DNA of 64,000 bases, taken from NCBI GenBank assembly GCA_963790025.1, contig CAWBMP010000004.1, positions 1,152,001 through 1,216,000 of the forward strand, in the 5' to 3' direction. Origin of the DNA: Nitrospirota bacterium (GTDB lineage: Bacteria; Nitrospirota; Thermodesulfovibrionia; Thermodesulfovibrionales; Dissulfurispiraceae). Under the pieces are notes generated by a model that searched no databases, was not told where the DNA came from, and saw nothing but the letters and a program-made list of their open reading frames with translations. Positions 10,260 to 20,414 of the stretch are shown in pieces. Position 1 is the stretch's first letter. Every line of letters starts with the position of its first letter. The position numbers were made by a program, and so were the translations under genes.

Positions 10260-12941
10260 TTACAACTGCAAGGTCACTCTTATCATATCGTCGTCATCAT
10301 ATGTCTGTTTAAAGCCATATTTCCGGCCAAAATTCAACATCCTGGTATTGACCTTATGGATTTCCATCCAGACTGATTTCAAGCCGATTTCTGCGGCTAT
10401 CCTGATGCAATATTCCATAAGCACACTACCAACACCCTTGCTCTGCCATTGGTCGGATACTATAAAAGAAAGCTCGGCACTTTCAAGGTCGGGTAGTTTA
10501 TTCAGCCTCGCGTCACCAATGATTTCTTCCTTTTTCACCTTGACACATGCAATAAAAGCCAGCTCACGGTCATAGTCGATCTGACAGAATCTGACTAACT
10601 TTTCATGCGTCATATTACCGCTTATCAGGCTAAACCTCGAAGTAATCGTCTTGTTTGATAGTGATTCAAAAAAACGGCGCATGGCCGGTTCATCTTCCCC
10701 GCGAATGGGTCGTATTAGAAGGGGCGTCCCATCGTTCAGAGATAGTTCACTCACATATTTAAAGGGATATGTAGGGATCGAGAGGTGCGGGGCGCAGAGG
10801 TCTCCTTTGTTCCATTTGCATTCCTGATACACATCCAGGTCGATATAGATACTTGCATCAAGGACAATACCTTCCTTTTTTGTAAGTAAAAATGGGTTAA
10901 TATCGATCTCTTTAATTTGGGGAAAGTCGACGATCAATTGAGAGAATCTAACCATTATTTCTTCAAGATGCTCTAAAGAATCCCTGAAGAGATTCAGACC
11001 TTTGAGATATGGGTAGATTTTGGTGTCCTCCAATACGTGCCTTGCCAGAGTCTGGTTAAGAGGAGGCAGACCTATCGAATAATCCATCATAGCGCCACGG
11101 AATAAACCTCCCATTCCGAACACTATCACTGTGCCGAAATTCCAACTTTTTTTTGCACCTATCGCCAGTTCACAACCTTGTTTTATTATCATGGGTTGTA
11201 TTATCACATCCGCAGTGGCATAGCCAAAAGATGCAGACAGTTTTTTAAGAGACCCAAAGGCCTTTCTGACCGCCGGTGCGTCTTTAAGGTTTACAAGCAC
11301 GCCGCCTTTTTCGAGTCTGTCAGGGACCATTCCCGAAGCGGTTTTCAAAACTACCGGATAGCCGATTCTCTCAGACTCCAGGACGGCATCTTCTTCGTTG
11401 GAGATTCTTAAAGTCTGTGCTGCAGGGATTCCATATGCTTTAAGCATTTCGACTGCTTCATCCAAATGGAGCGATTGTCTGCCTGCCTCCGCAGCAACCC
11501 CGATAATTGCCTCCGCCTTTTCAATATCCGGCGTGAAATCTTTGAGAATAATCCCTGGGGTCTCCCGGAGATGGCGCATATTATTGTCATACTGATACAT
11601 GTATATAAAACACTTTACCGCCTGTTCAGGTGTTAAATAAGTCGGGATATTATTAGTGTTTAGAAATTCCATGGCATCAAGCACTGTTTCACCACCCATC
11701 CATGTTGTGAATATAGGGAAATATGGATTGGACATTGCAGCCGATACTATTGCTTCTGCAATATCTTTGGGGTCTATACCGGGGAAGGGAATATAGATTA
11801 ACAGGATGCCATCAACATCTTCATATATCAAACAGTTTTTTAATGCCTCCAAATAGTCGGCCGGTAATACATCCGAATGAAGATATATTGGATTTTGGAC
11901 CTGTCTTTCACCGGGAAGATCGTTGCTGTTACTTGTCAGTGTCTCGTTTGTCGGCTTGGCCAGTTCCCCGCCAAGCTTCACAAGCATGTCAACGGCCATA
12001 TGAGCGGGTGCAATGGAATTTGATATAACAGCCAGACGTTTGCCTTTAGGGCGATTTTGTTTTGCAAGAGTTTCTATCATGTATAAAGCGTCAACCATAT
12101 CATTTACCTTTACTGCGCCTGCCCTCTTAAAAGCAGCCTCATAGATTTTGTCCTCAGAGGCAAGAATACCGGAATGTGTCAGTGAAACAGAGGAGGGACT
12201 GTCCGCTTTGCCGGACTTTACAATTACGACGGGCTTGCTGCCTGCAAAGCTTCGCACGCCGGCCATGAAGCTTCTGCCATTTTTTATTTCTTGCACATGG
12301 AGAACAATTGCCCTCGTATGAGAATCCATCCCGAGAAAATCGATGAGATCCGAGAAATTGATATCCAGCTTGGCACCCAATGAAATAAAATAACTGAACC
12401 CGACGTTTTTGCTTATCGCATGTTCCAGGAATGCCGAAGCAAAGATTCCGCCTTGTGAAATAAAGGCGATGTTGCCTTTACGCGGTAATTTGGGCAAAAG
12501 ACCGGCGTTTAGATTTATATCGGGCCTCAGAAAACCCAGTGAATCGGGTCCCAGAATCCTGTAACCGTATATTGAGGCGTACTTTTTGATCTCGTCAGAG
12601 AGGATTCCCGGACCTTTGATTGGGTACTCGGAGGCGGGCGCTAAAATAATCACTCCCCTTACGTTCTTCTGTCCGCACGCATCCAGTATATCAGAGAAGG
12701 TTTCAGGATGGGAGGCCACTATGGCTAAATCTACGGGATAAGGGATGTCGATAATATTCCTGTATGATAAAATACCCTGCACTCCCTCCATCAGCGGGTT
12801 AACAGGATACACAATCCCTTTGAAGCCCTTATCAATCAGGTTTCTAAGAACATAATATCCAACGGCTTTCTTGTCTTCGCCGGCGCCAATAACGGCTATG
12901 CTTCGTGGATTGAATAAAACATCAAAATGCTTGATCGACAT
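10260..12941 (-). CDS. Bifunctional acetate-CoA ligase family / GNAT protein (Pat/YfiQ-type protein lysine acetyltransferase)
   Basis: FNPRSIAVIGA CoA-binding start, ATP-grasp region (IGYPVVLK, EIDINP), C-terminal GNAT (QIDYDRE, WQSKGVG). Confidence 0.9.
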   Translation of the reverse strand: MSIKHFDVLFNPRSIAVIGAGEDKKAVGYYVLRNLIDKGFKGIVYPVNPLMEGVQGILSYRNIIDIPYPVDLAIVASHPETFSDILDACGQKNVRGVIILAPASEYPIKGPGILSDEIKKYASIYGYRILGPDSLGFLRPDINLNAGLLPKLPRKGNIAFISQGGIFASAFLEHAISKNVGFSYFISLGAKLDINFSDLIDFLGMDSHTRAIVLHVQEIKNGRSFMAGVRSFAGSKPVVIVKSGKADSPSSVSLTHSGILASEDKIYEAAFKRAGAVKVNDMVDALYMIETLAKQNRPKGKRLAVISNSIAPAHMAVDMLVKLGGELAKPTNETLTSNSNDLPGERQVQNPIYLHSDVLPADYLEALKNCLIYEDVDGILLIYIPFPGIDPKDIAEAIVSAAMSNPYFPIFTTWMGGETVLDAMEFLNTNNIPTYLTPEQAVKCFIYMYQYDNNMRHLRETPGIILKDFTPDIEKAEAIIGVAAEAGRQSLHLDEAVEMLKAYGIPAAQTLRISNEEDAVLESERIGYPVVLKTASGMVPDRLEKGGVLVNLKDAPAVRKAFGSLKKLSASFGYATADVIIQPMIIKQGCELAIGAKKSWNFGTVIVFGMGGLFRGAMMDYSIGLPPLNQTLARHVLEDTKIYPYLKGLNLFRDSLEHLEEIMVRFSQLIVDFPQIKEIDINPFLLTKKEGIVLDASIYIDLDVYQECKWNKGDLCAPHLSIPTYPFKYVSELSLNDGTPLLIRPIRGEDEPAMRRFFESLSNKTITSRFSLISGNMTHEKLVRFCQIDYDRELAFIACVKVKKEEIIGDARLNKLPDLESAELSFIVSDQWQSKGVGSVLMEYCIRIAAEIGLKSVWMEIHKVNTRMLNFGRKYGFKQTYDDDDMIRVTLQL

Positions 12942-13019
12942 GCCCCGCTCCTGTCATGAATCACGGAGAGTCTGGTCAGTCAGTGGCCATTCCGGGTAGC
13001 GACAGCCAAGTATCTCAGT

Positions 13020-13054
13020 AAGGTCAGCGCAAAAATAACTCGTGCGCTGACCTT
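13020..13054. terminator. Stem-loop, possible terminator
   Basis: AAGGTCAGCGCA-N11-TGCGCTGACCTT immediately after the GNAT stop codon. Confidence 0.5.
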
Positions 13055-13659
13055 TATTCCAACCTCTTGCCGATAATCACCTCGTCGACAAATTCATTTC
13101 CGATTCTGATTCTCTTCACTTTAGTGCATTCCTGCAGAAAACCGGCTTTTCTGAATAAATTAAGGGAGCGTTTATTTGCCGTAAAAACAGTTGTCTCTAT
13201 CTCCTTAAATCCATGTTCCCTTGCCCACTCTTCGGCATACTGCAACATCCTTGAGCCAATGCCGAGTCCGCGAAACTCTTCTATGAGATGCAATCCTACA
13301 TTCAGAACCTGGGCCGTTTCCGGCCTGTGCCCGCCATCTGCCTGGAGGGCCTCAAGGATGCCAATGACACAGTCACACCCCGGAACGCACGGCGACTTTC
13401 CGGTCTCGGCTTGCAAAGGTCCCCTGTAGCCGGCGATTCCAACAAGGAGCAGGTTTTTGTTCCTGTCCAATGCGCTGATATATTCCCTTTCAGCACCTGT
13501 CTCCTTGCCGTACAGCTCCATCAAAACATAACTGCGTTCGGGGGCAAAAGACTTCAGTGCTCTGATAATGCCTTCCGCGTCCGCAGCTTCTGCCGGCCTG
13601 AGGGTAATTTCTTCTCCGCTTTTAATTAAAAACTTCTGAACCTCATCCATATATCCCAT
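13054..13659 (-). CDS. GNAT-family N-acetyltransferase
   Basis: FRGLGIGSRML acetyl-CoA motif A, NKRSLNLFRKAGF. Confidence 0.88.
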   Translation of the reverse strand: MGYMDEVQKFLIKSGEEITLRPAEAADAEGIIRALKSFAPERSYVLMELYGKETGAEREYISALDRNKNLLLVGIAGYRGPLQAETGKSPCVPGCDCVIGILEALQADGGHRPETAQVLNVGLHLIEEFRGLGIGSRMLQYAEEWAREHGFKEIETTVFTANKRSLNLFRKAGFLQECTKVKRIRIGNEFVDEVIIGKRLE

Positions 13660-13665
13660 CCGGTA

Positions 13666-14193
13666 TTATTTAATCACTCCGCATGCAACACGGTCCCCGC
13701 CACCGCCAAGCTTTTGCGGGATATCAGAGTAATTGTCACCACCAGCGTGTATCATCAGCGAACGCCCATGGAGTTCATCTATTTTCAGGCGCGGAGCAAG
13801 CACCGGCATTGTCGCATTTCCCATAGCGTCTACAAAGAGCCCCGGGAGATCTCCGAGGTGTCCCTCGCCGTAAGGGCCCTCATGCTTGCCTGTTCCAGCC
13901 GGATCATAATGGCCGCCGGCGGCGAAACCCACCAGCTTCTTGCCGTCTTTTACAACCGGGCCGCAATCGGGATTTTGATGAACATGGAAACCGTGTATGC
14001 CTGGTGTAAGGCCGCTAAGGTGCGGAGTGAAAATGGTGCCGTAAGGGCTTGAAGACACGGTCACCGTACCGATGGGTTTGCCAATTCCCCCGCTGTCTGT
14101 CAGATTGATCGGGACCACGAGGTCTGCCGCATAAGCCGAAAACGCACACAGAAGCACACAAAATACCAGCAACATTACTTTTTTCATGACCAT
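13666..14193 (-). CDS. sodC: Periplasmic Cu/Zn superoxide dismutase
   Basis: HGFHVH, GGHYDP, GHLGDLP, MIHAGGDNY, RVACGVI; Sec signal; start at 14193 or 14187. Confidence 0.95.
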   Translation of the reverse strand: MVMKKVMLLVFCVLLCAFSAYAADLVVPINLTDSGGIGKPIGTVTVSSSPYGTIFTPHLSGLTPGIHGFHVHQNPDCGPVVKDGKKLVGFAAGGHYDPAGTGKHEGPYGEGHLGDLPGLFVDAMGNATMPVLAPRLKIDELHGRSLMIHAGGDNYSDIPQKLGGGGDRVACGVIK

Positions 14194-14267
14194 CTCCTCC
14201 TTAAGAACAGAAATTAAGACTAGTGCAAAGGTAGAGGTGAGACCTCCTGAACAATTATACTGCAAGC

Positions 14268-15437
14268 TCAGCTTGACCGCAACGCATCCACAATATTCAT
14301 GCGTGAGGCCCTGACCGCAGGCAGCACGCCGCCCACAAAACCCATCAGGAGCGCAAAGGCCATGGCCTGATAAATAATCTTGAATGTCAGGGAGAAGGAG
14401 AAGGCAAGTTCTGAAAAAGTCTGGAAATTTACCGTCGAAATAGTGAGGAGTTGCATAAAAGAAGCGAAAAACAATCCGGCGCAGCCGCCTATAAAACCGA
14501 GCAGCAGGGACTCCACGAGGAAAGCGATCAGGATATTTGTCTTCTGAAATCCGAGCGCCCGCAAAGTGCCGATTTCGCTAGTGCGGTTGGCGACAGCGGA
14601 ATACATGGTGATCATTGCACCAATGACAGCGCCTATAGAGAATATGACGGTCAGCGAGAGCCCCAGAACCCTGAGAAATTTGGCCATCACTTTTGATTGT
14701 TCTTCATAAAAAATATTCTCTCTCTTTCCCTCGACAGTCATGCGTGGATCATTCTCAATGCGTTCTTTGACTGCGTCGAATGCCGCCGGGTCCGCCAGCT
14801 TGAAAGTAACCGAGGAATAGACATTCCTGCGAAACGACTGCATGAGCTGATCGGCATCACCCCATATTTCGGAATTAAAAGCGGTGTTTCCGGCGTCAAA
14901 TATTCCAACCACCGTCCAGTCGCGCATGCCGAAATGGAGGGTTTCACCGATTCCTCCCCCCTTGAACCTTTTGGCAATACTTTGTCCCGCCATGATTTCA
15001 GAGGAGCCAGACCTCGGCATGCGGCCTGACGTCAGCTTTACCTGCGGCCTCAGCAGCAGCGAATTTCTCGTTGTCCCTCTTATTACTACATTCGACGGCT
15101 TGTCGGTCCCGCGCTTCGGAAGATTAATCAGTACCACCAGCTCTTTTGCTACGAGGCGCTGTCCATCCACCCCCACAGCAATTTCCGGCTGAGTTTCAAT
15201 AATCGAGGCTGAAGTCCGGTCAACCCCGCTCTGCACCTCTGAATTGGCCCCTTTTCTTATTACGATAACATTATCGTAGGAACCAGTTTCGACAAGGGTC
15301 TTCCTGAGCCCCTCGGCGAGCATCAATATGGACGCAAAAACAAATACCACCAATGTCATGCCTGATGCAGTAAGCGCTGTAGTCAGCCTCCTAGTCCAAA
15401 GGTTGCGTATACTATAGGAGAACGGTATGTTTCCCAT
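14268..15437 (-). CDS. ABC transporter permease (MacB/FtsX-like)
   Basis: One N-terminal TM, large periplasmic domain, RTSEIGTLRALGF, three C-terminal TMs. Confidence 0.9.
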   Translation of the reverse strand: MGNIPFSYSIRNLWTRRLTTALTASGMTLVVFVFASILMLAEGLRKTLVETGSYDNVIVIRKGANSEVQSGVDRTSASIIETQPEIAVGVDGQRLVAKELVVLINLPKRGTDKPSNVVIRGTTRNSLLLRPQVKLTSGRMPRSGSSEIMAGQSIAKRFKGGGIGETLHFGMRDWTVVGIFDAGNTAFNSEIWGDADQLMQSFRRNVYSSVTFKLADPAAFDAVKERIENDPRMTVEGKRENIFYEEQSKVMAKFLRVLGLSLTVIFSIGAVIGAMITMYSAVANRTSEIGTLRALGFQKTNILIAFLVESLLLGFIGGCAGLFFASFMQLLTISTVNFQTFSELAFSFSLTFKIIYQAMAFALLMGFVGGVLPAVRASRMNIVDALRSS

Positions 15438-16595
15438 TTATCCGATCCTCCTTAGTCCGTCTGCAATCTGTATGTGTATTGCGCGCCACACAGGCACAAC
15501 CGCTGCGACCAGCCCTACCAGCAGGCCCGCGGCAATGTCCATATACAAAGTTGAGGGGGCGACATTAAATACCGGGAAATAGTTGCCCATCGCCGCAGCA
15601 AATGCCTTTGCAACCGGGAATGTTGCAGCAATCCCTGCTGCACAACCAGTCAGGGCAATTATCCCCGACTCTCCAAGAATCATGACGGCCAAATGGCCGC
15701 CGCCGAAACCGAGTGTTTTTAATATCGCATATTCGCCCAGTCGTTCCCTGGCGTTCATGGCCATGGTGTTGGCCATAACTACCATAATAATGATTATGAC
15801 AACAAACGATACCAGCTGTATGGCAACGATAATCGCCTCGGACATGGAGACAAAACCGAGCACAAAGGCCTTTTCGGTCTCCGTCAATGTCTCAGCAAGA
15901 GAATTCCTGAACATTGCATCAATAGTCTGTGAGACCTCGGCGGCAAGGCCGGGGCTTGTGACACCTATCAAATAAAAACCGACCTGGTCCGCTCTGGCAG
16001 GCGCCGTTTTTTTGAGTGTTTCATTCAGATAATCCCAGCGGAACAAAAATAGTGTTTCATCAGTGCTCTTGTCCCTGCCGTGATAGATGGCGCGCAGCAC
16101 AAATTCCCAATCACCGGGGAAGATAGTGCCTTTAAGAGTGACAGTATCTCCGATTTTCCAGTGGTATTTTTCCGCTATTTTTCTTCCCGCAAGCGCTGCC
16201 TTCCGGTCGCGAATAAAAGCGGCTTTCTGATCGTCGGGGACAATGAACTCAGGCGCCAAGGGTAAATAGTTTTTAGGGTCAACCGCAAAATTGGGAAAAA
16301 AGTTCTTCGCGTCGATGTAAATACCGCCGAACCAGTTTTCACGGCTCACGAATCTCACACCGGGCACATGACGGATCTTTTCCTCGTAAGACAGAGGAAG
16401 AGAAAAGACCAGGGATATGGCGTTTCTCGTAATCACACGGATCGCGGATGAGGCCTCGGCCCCGGCATACCAGGCACTTATTACTGTCCTTAACAGGCCG
16501 AAAGCAAGAATAGCAATCGTAATCCCCAGTATAGTCAGCCAGGCGCGAAGTTTATGACGGAAGGCGTTCTTAAAAATGAGTTTCAGTATGAACAC
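15438..16595 (-). CDS. ABC transporter permease (MacB/FtsX-like)
   Basis: [15 protein letters not shown] motif, same topology as the neighbour. Confidence 0.9.
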   Translation of the reverse strand: MFILKLIFKNAFRHKLRAWLTILGITIAILAFGLLRTVISAWYAGAEASSAIRVITRNAISLVFSLPLSYEEKIRHVPGVRFVSRENWFGGIYIDAKNFFPNFAVDPKNYLPLAPEFIVPDDQKAAFIRDRKAALAGRKIAEKYHWKIGDTVTLKGTIFPGDWEFVLRAIYHGRDKSTDETLFLFRWDYLNETLKKTAPARADQVGFYLIGVTSPGLAAEVSQTIDAMFRNSLAETLTETEKAFVLGFVSMSEAIIVAIQLVSFVVIIIIMVVMANTMAMNARERLGEYAILKTLGFGGGHLAVMILGESGIIALTGCAAGIAATFPVAKAFAAAMGNYFPVFNVAPSTLYMDIAAGLLVGLVAAVVPVWRAIHIQIADGLRRIG

Positions 16596-17274
16596 TTAAG
16601 ACGCCTTTGTCGAGATGTTTTATTACGTGCGCCTTTACGGCTGCGCGAGGATCGTGCGTAACCATTATAATCGTTTTGCCGGACTCGACATTAAGCCGTT
16701 CCATCAAGTCAAGTATCTCAGCGGCGGAAACGCGGTCAAGGTCACCAGTAGGCTCATCGGCTACGAGTATGGTTGGATCGGTCACAACAGCCCGGGCTAT
16801 TGCGACACGCTGCTGCTGTCCTCCCGAGAGCTGACCTGGATAATGGTCCATTCTGTCGGCAAGACCAACTACTCTCAGTGAGATTTCAACATGCTCCCGC
16901 CGTTCTGTGCGGGAAAGTCTTGTCAGCAGCAGCGGCAACTCCACATTTTCGAACGCAGTCAGCACAGGAATAAGGTTGTAAAACTGGAAGATAAAGCCGA
17001 CATTGCTTGCACGCCACCTGGCAAGCTCTGTTTCGGCAAGTGCAGTGATGTCAATACCGCCTACTCGCACGATGCCGCTGTCCGCCCTGTCAATGCCGGC
17101 TATCATATTAAGGAGGGTGCTCTTGCCTGAACCGGACGGACCCATAAGCGCCAGAAACTCCCCATAATTGATATCGAATGACAGATCATGCAACACCGGG
17201 ACTATCTGACTACCGCGGCGGTACGATTTGTTCAGGTTTTGTATTTCAACGATAGGCCGTGCTTCGGCTTCCAT
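16570..17274 (-). CDS. ABC transporter ATP-binding protein (LolD/MacB-like)
   Basis: [27 protein letters not shown]. Confidence 0.95.
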   Translation of the reverse strand: MEAEARPIVEIQNLNKSYRRGSQIVPVLHDLSFDINYGEFLALMGPSGSGKSTLLNMIAGIDRADSGIVRVGGIDITALAETELARWRASNVGFIFQFYNLIPVLTAFENVELPLLLTRLSRTERREHVEISLRVVGLADRMDHYPGQLSGGQQQRVAIARAVVTDPTILVADEPTGDLDRVSAAEILDLMERLNVESGKTIIMVTHDPRAAVKAHVIKHLDKGVLSVHTETHF

Positions 17275-17275
17275 A

Positions 17276-18493
17276 TTATTTTTCAGCCACTTTTATTTTG
17301 GAACCGCTTTTCAATCCGGCTTGCGGCCTGGCAACTATTTTGTCTCCGGCCTTTACGCCTCCTGTTACCTCCAGCACGTCGCCTCTTTTAGGACCAAGTG
17401 TAACAGGCACCTCAACAGCACGATTATTCCTGATCAGAAAAACCGTTTTTCGACCATCATGGTCCACAACAGAAACAGGGTTAAGCGCAGTAAACGGAGT
17501 TTGTTCATCTAAGCCTGCCGGCCTCGAGAGGAATGCGACCTTTGCGCTCATTTCCGGCAAAATTCTTTTGTCTTTGTCGACAAAACGCGCTTTTACCATG
17601 ACCGTCCCCTTGCTCCGGTCGGCAGTAGGAACCACAGTGCTGATTTCTCCCCTGAAGCGGGAATCCGGCAATGCATCGAGCTGTATTATGGCAGGCTGTC
17701 CCACCCACACCTGCTGGAGATTGGACTCGGACACATCGGCCTCGACTTCCAGGGAACCCATATCGGCAATAGTCACCACAGCGGCCTTGGCATTTACAGC
17801 GGCCCCTATCGGTGTAACTATGTCGCCTACATCCGCATCTTTGGTCAGGACAACGGCATCGAAAGGCGCCCGTATAAGCGTGTATTCAATAGCGACATTC
17901 GCCCCTGCAAGCGCTGCTTCAGCCGCCTTGATAGAAGACTGGGTCCCTTCCACTGCTGCCACCGCTTTTTTGTATCGCGCCTCAGCCGTATCATAGTCAG
18001 CCTGCGCAACGTAACCCTTCTCCAGCAGCGCTTTCTGCCTTTTCAGCTCAACCGTCGCATCATCCAGTTCTGCCTTTGCCTGTTGCAGATTTGAGCGGGC
18101 CACATTCAGGTTGGCAGCAGCCTGGTTCCTGGCAGCAGTGACGTCTTTGCTTTCCAGTCTGGCGACGACCTCCCCTTCTTTTACAACACTTCCCTCCTGA
18201 ACACCCAGCCATACGAGTGTACCCGTTACCTTTGGGGCCACAGCCGCTTTGCGCTGGGCCACTACATAACCGCTTGCATTTAAGAGCGTAAAGGCCTGCG
18301 ACGGATACATCTTCGACACAGTTACAGCCTCCACATCCATCGCAGGGGTGAGTGCTCCCTGAAAATAGAGGAACACCACTGCAAGAAGTACTGCCCCCGC
18401 GATAACCAGGGGAAGCGGGACTCTGCGGCCGGCGCGTTGTGACGTTTCTGCTGTCTTTTGTATCTTCAGTTTTGAGAGATCTTCCTGTGCCAT
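17276..18493 (-). CDS. Efflux periplasmic adaptor (MacA/HlyD-like)
   Basis: TM anchor, lipoyl-like halves flanking a coiled coil, IRAPFDAVV; start re-called to MAQEDLSK. Confidence 0.9.
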   Translation of the reverse strand: MAQEDLSKLKIQKTAETSQRAGRRVPLPLVIAGAVLLAVVFLYFQGALTPAMDVEAVTVSKMYPSQAFTLLNASGYVVAQRKAAVAPKVTGTLVWLGVQEGSVVKEGEVVARLESKDVTAARNQAAANLNVARSNLQQAKAELDDATVELKRQKALLEKGYVAQADYDTAEARYKKAVAAVEGTQSSIKAAEAALAGANVAIEYTLIRAPFDAVVLTKDADVGDIVTPIGAAVNAKAAVVTIADMGSLEVEADVSESNLQQVWVGQPAIIQLDALPDSRFRGEISTVVPTADRSKGTVMVKARFVDKDKRILPEMSAKVAFLSRPAGLDEQTPFTALNPVSVVDHDGRKTVFLIRNNRAVEVPVTLGPKRGDVLEVTGGVKAGDKIVARPQAGLKSGSKIKVAEK

Positions 18494-18646
18494 ATGCTTT
18501 AAGCCAGGCCCAACCTGGGTCTTATTCTCCTCGAAAGTTGATCTTACGCACTGTCTTTTATTATATATCAAACCCCCTCAATATTTTGCCGCCACAGCCG
18601 ATAACATAGATAGGTAGTTAATGGAAAGGATTCAAAGGAGCGTGCC

Positions 18647-18778
18647 ATGGATCGGCAAATAATCAAAGAAATCATTTCAATCCTTATGGAAAGTTCCCTT
18701 TACTTCGAAATCTCCCCCCAAGAAAGGCTGGAAATTGTTAAAGGTCTTGTATCAAAGGTCAACTGGTGCCTGGGGTAG
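18647..18778 (+). CDS. Small hypothetical protein, 43 aa
   Basis: AAAGGAG RBS; MDRQIIKEIISILMESSLYFEISPQERLEIVKGLVSKVNWCLG; below the ORF-track cutoff. Confidence 0.6.
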   Translation: MDRQIIKEIISILMESSLYFEISPQERLEIVKGLVSKVNWCLG

Positions 18779-18780
18779 TT

Positions 18781-18933
18781 ATGAAAGATAAGCGTATCAG
18801 TAATATGAGTTCAGCAGAACTTTGGATTGATTTCAGAAAGACAGAGTCTCTGGATACAACCATGAAATTCCGGGAAATCCTCGCATTGGAAAACATAGAA
18901 CTGCTTCTCTGGAAAAGTTTCCCCTTAAACTAA
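18781..18933 (+). CDS. Small hypothetical protein, 50 aa
   Basis: ATG 2 nt after the previous stop; MKDKRISNMSSAELWIDFRKTESLDTTMKFREILALENIELLLWKSFPLN. Confidence 0.4.
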   Translation: MKDKRISNMSSAELWIDFRKTESLDTTMKFREILALENIELLLWKSFPLN

Positions 18934-18935
18934 TT

Positions 18936-18964
18936 TGTAACCTTCCAGCATCAATTTCCGACTT
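18936..18964 (+). promoter_or_regulatory. Putative ECF-type autoregulated promoter
   Basis: TGTAAC-N17-CGAC upstream of the ECF sigma gene. Confidence 0.5.
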
Positions 18965-18975
18965 AATGATACGTC

Positions 18976-19674
18976 ATGCGTACGCTTGATGTTTTTTATA
19001 ACAGTTCGTTTAAAATAAAAGCGGCGAGTTTACGATTGCCGTGTTCATTAACTTCGGGAGCGCAAGATATTTTGAGCGAACAGCATGACAACGAAATAAT
19101 CAAGAGCATCCTGAATGGTAATGCGGATGAATTCGAAATTATTTTAAAACGGTACGATGCATATATATTTAGTATTGTTTCTAAGCATTTACCCCTGGAT
19201 ACGATTGAGGAAGCGGCCCATGAAGTTTTTATAAGGATTTATAAATCCCTGCCCTCTTACAGGGCTGAGTCGCCTTTTAAGTATTGGATCTCGAAAATAG
19301 CTGTGCGCTATTGCTATGATTTCTGGAGAGAACGTTATAAATCAAGAGAAATGCCCATGTCATCCCTGACAGATGAGCACAGCAAATGGGTCGAGACGGT
19401 GGTATCAGAGCAATCAATGGAATCCTTTGAGAAAGAAGAGGTGCTCAAGGAATCCAGAGAAGTGCTTCAGTGGGCACTTAGTAAGTTGACAGCAGAGGAA
19501 AGAATGGTAATAACGTTGCTGTATTTAGAGGGACTGCCGGTGAAAGAAGCTGCCAATCTGCTGGGGTGGAGCGCCATCAATGTTAAAGTGAAGGCCCACC
19601 GGTCACGCAAAAAGCTCCGGAAGTTAATCTCCGAACTATTGGGGCAAAAAGGGGGCATCAATGAAAACGCATGA
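18976..19674 (+). CDS. ECF RNA polymerase sigma factor (true start may be TTG ~19072)
   Basis: Region 2 (EEAAHEVFIRIYKSL, FKYWISKIA) and region 4 (LEGLPVKEAANLLGWS..VKVKAHR). Confidence 0.92.
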   Translation: MRTLDVFYNSSFKIKAASLRLPCSLTSGAQDILSEQHDNEIIKSILNGNADEFEIILKRYDAYIFSIVSKHLPLDTIEEAAHEVFIRIYKSLPSYRAESPFKYWISKIAVRYCYDFWRERYKSREMPMSSLTDEHSKWVETVVSEQSMESFEKEEVLKESREVLQWALSKLTAEERMVITLLYLEGLPVKEAANLLGWSAINVKVKAHRSRKKLRKLISELLGQKGGINENA

Positions 19675-19978
19675 TGAAAACGCAGAGATAATTGAAAAAG
19701 CATTAAAATCAGCTTACCGTAAACAACATGATTATACGGTGAAGCCGGATTGGCAAAAGAGGGTCATGTCAACTGTCCTTTATCTCGATACTGCCCCATC
19801 ACAGAACAATATATGGGATACCCCTGATATATGGCGGGTTGCAGCGGCCGTAAGTATGAGTGCCCTCATCATGTTGGCATGCTCCTTCACCGCTAACATC
19901 GGGCCTGAATATGAAGCGGCAAAAATGTTTCTCGACGACCCGATGGGCATTATATTTACTCAACCTCTATTCCCGTAA
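19661..19978 (+). CDS. Putative single-TM anti-sigma factor
   Basis: Overlaps the ECF stop; one TM segment (WRVAAAVSMSALIMLAC). Confidence 0.6.
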   Translation: MKTHDENAEIIEKALKSAYRKQHDYTVKPDWQKRVMSTVLYLDTAPSQNNIWDTPDIWRVAAAVSMSALIMLACSFTANIGPEYEAAKMFLDDPMGIIFTQPLFP

Positions 19979-19993
19979 TCTAAGGAGTCAACC

Positions 19994-20386
19994 ATGAAAA
20001 AATGGAGAGTTTGGTTGGTAGTCGCAATTGTATTCGTGTCGGGAATTATTATAGGCGCCACAGGCACCGGATTCTATTTTCAACACACATTCCGAGGTAT
20101 TCTTCATCAGGGCCCGAGTGCGGTCAGGAACGTAATTATGAAGAAGCTCACCGCTGAACTAAATCTGACAAAGGACCAGCAGGAGGAAATAGGAGATATA
20201 TTAGAGGAAACCCAGTTCCAACTGCAGCAACTTCGTGTCCGTTACCATCCTCAAATGGAAGAAATAATAAACAACGGCGTTGCCACCATGAAAACAAGAC
20301 TTTCAGCAGAACAGCAAAAGAAACTGGACGCGCTATATGAGAAAGTAAAAATGCGCTGGAAGCTGAAGAAAAGCATGAGGGGATAA
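19994..20386 (+). CDS. Membrane-anchored periplasmic Spy/CpxP-like helical protein
   Basis: N-terminal TM; LNLTKDQQ and LSAEQQ (LTxxQ-like) motifs. Confidence 0.65.
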   Translation: MKKWRVWLVVAIVFVSGIIIGATGTGFYFQHTFRGILHQGPSAVRNVIMKKLTAELNLTKDQQEEIGDILEETQFQLQQLRVRYHPQMEEIINNGVATMKTRLSAEQQKKLDALYEKVKMRWKLKKSMRG

Positions 20387-20414
20387 TTGATCAATTCTGG
20401 TATAATGAATACGT

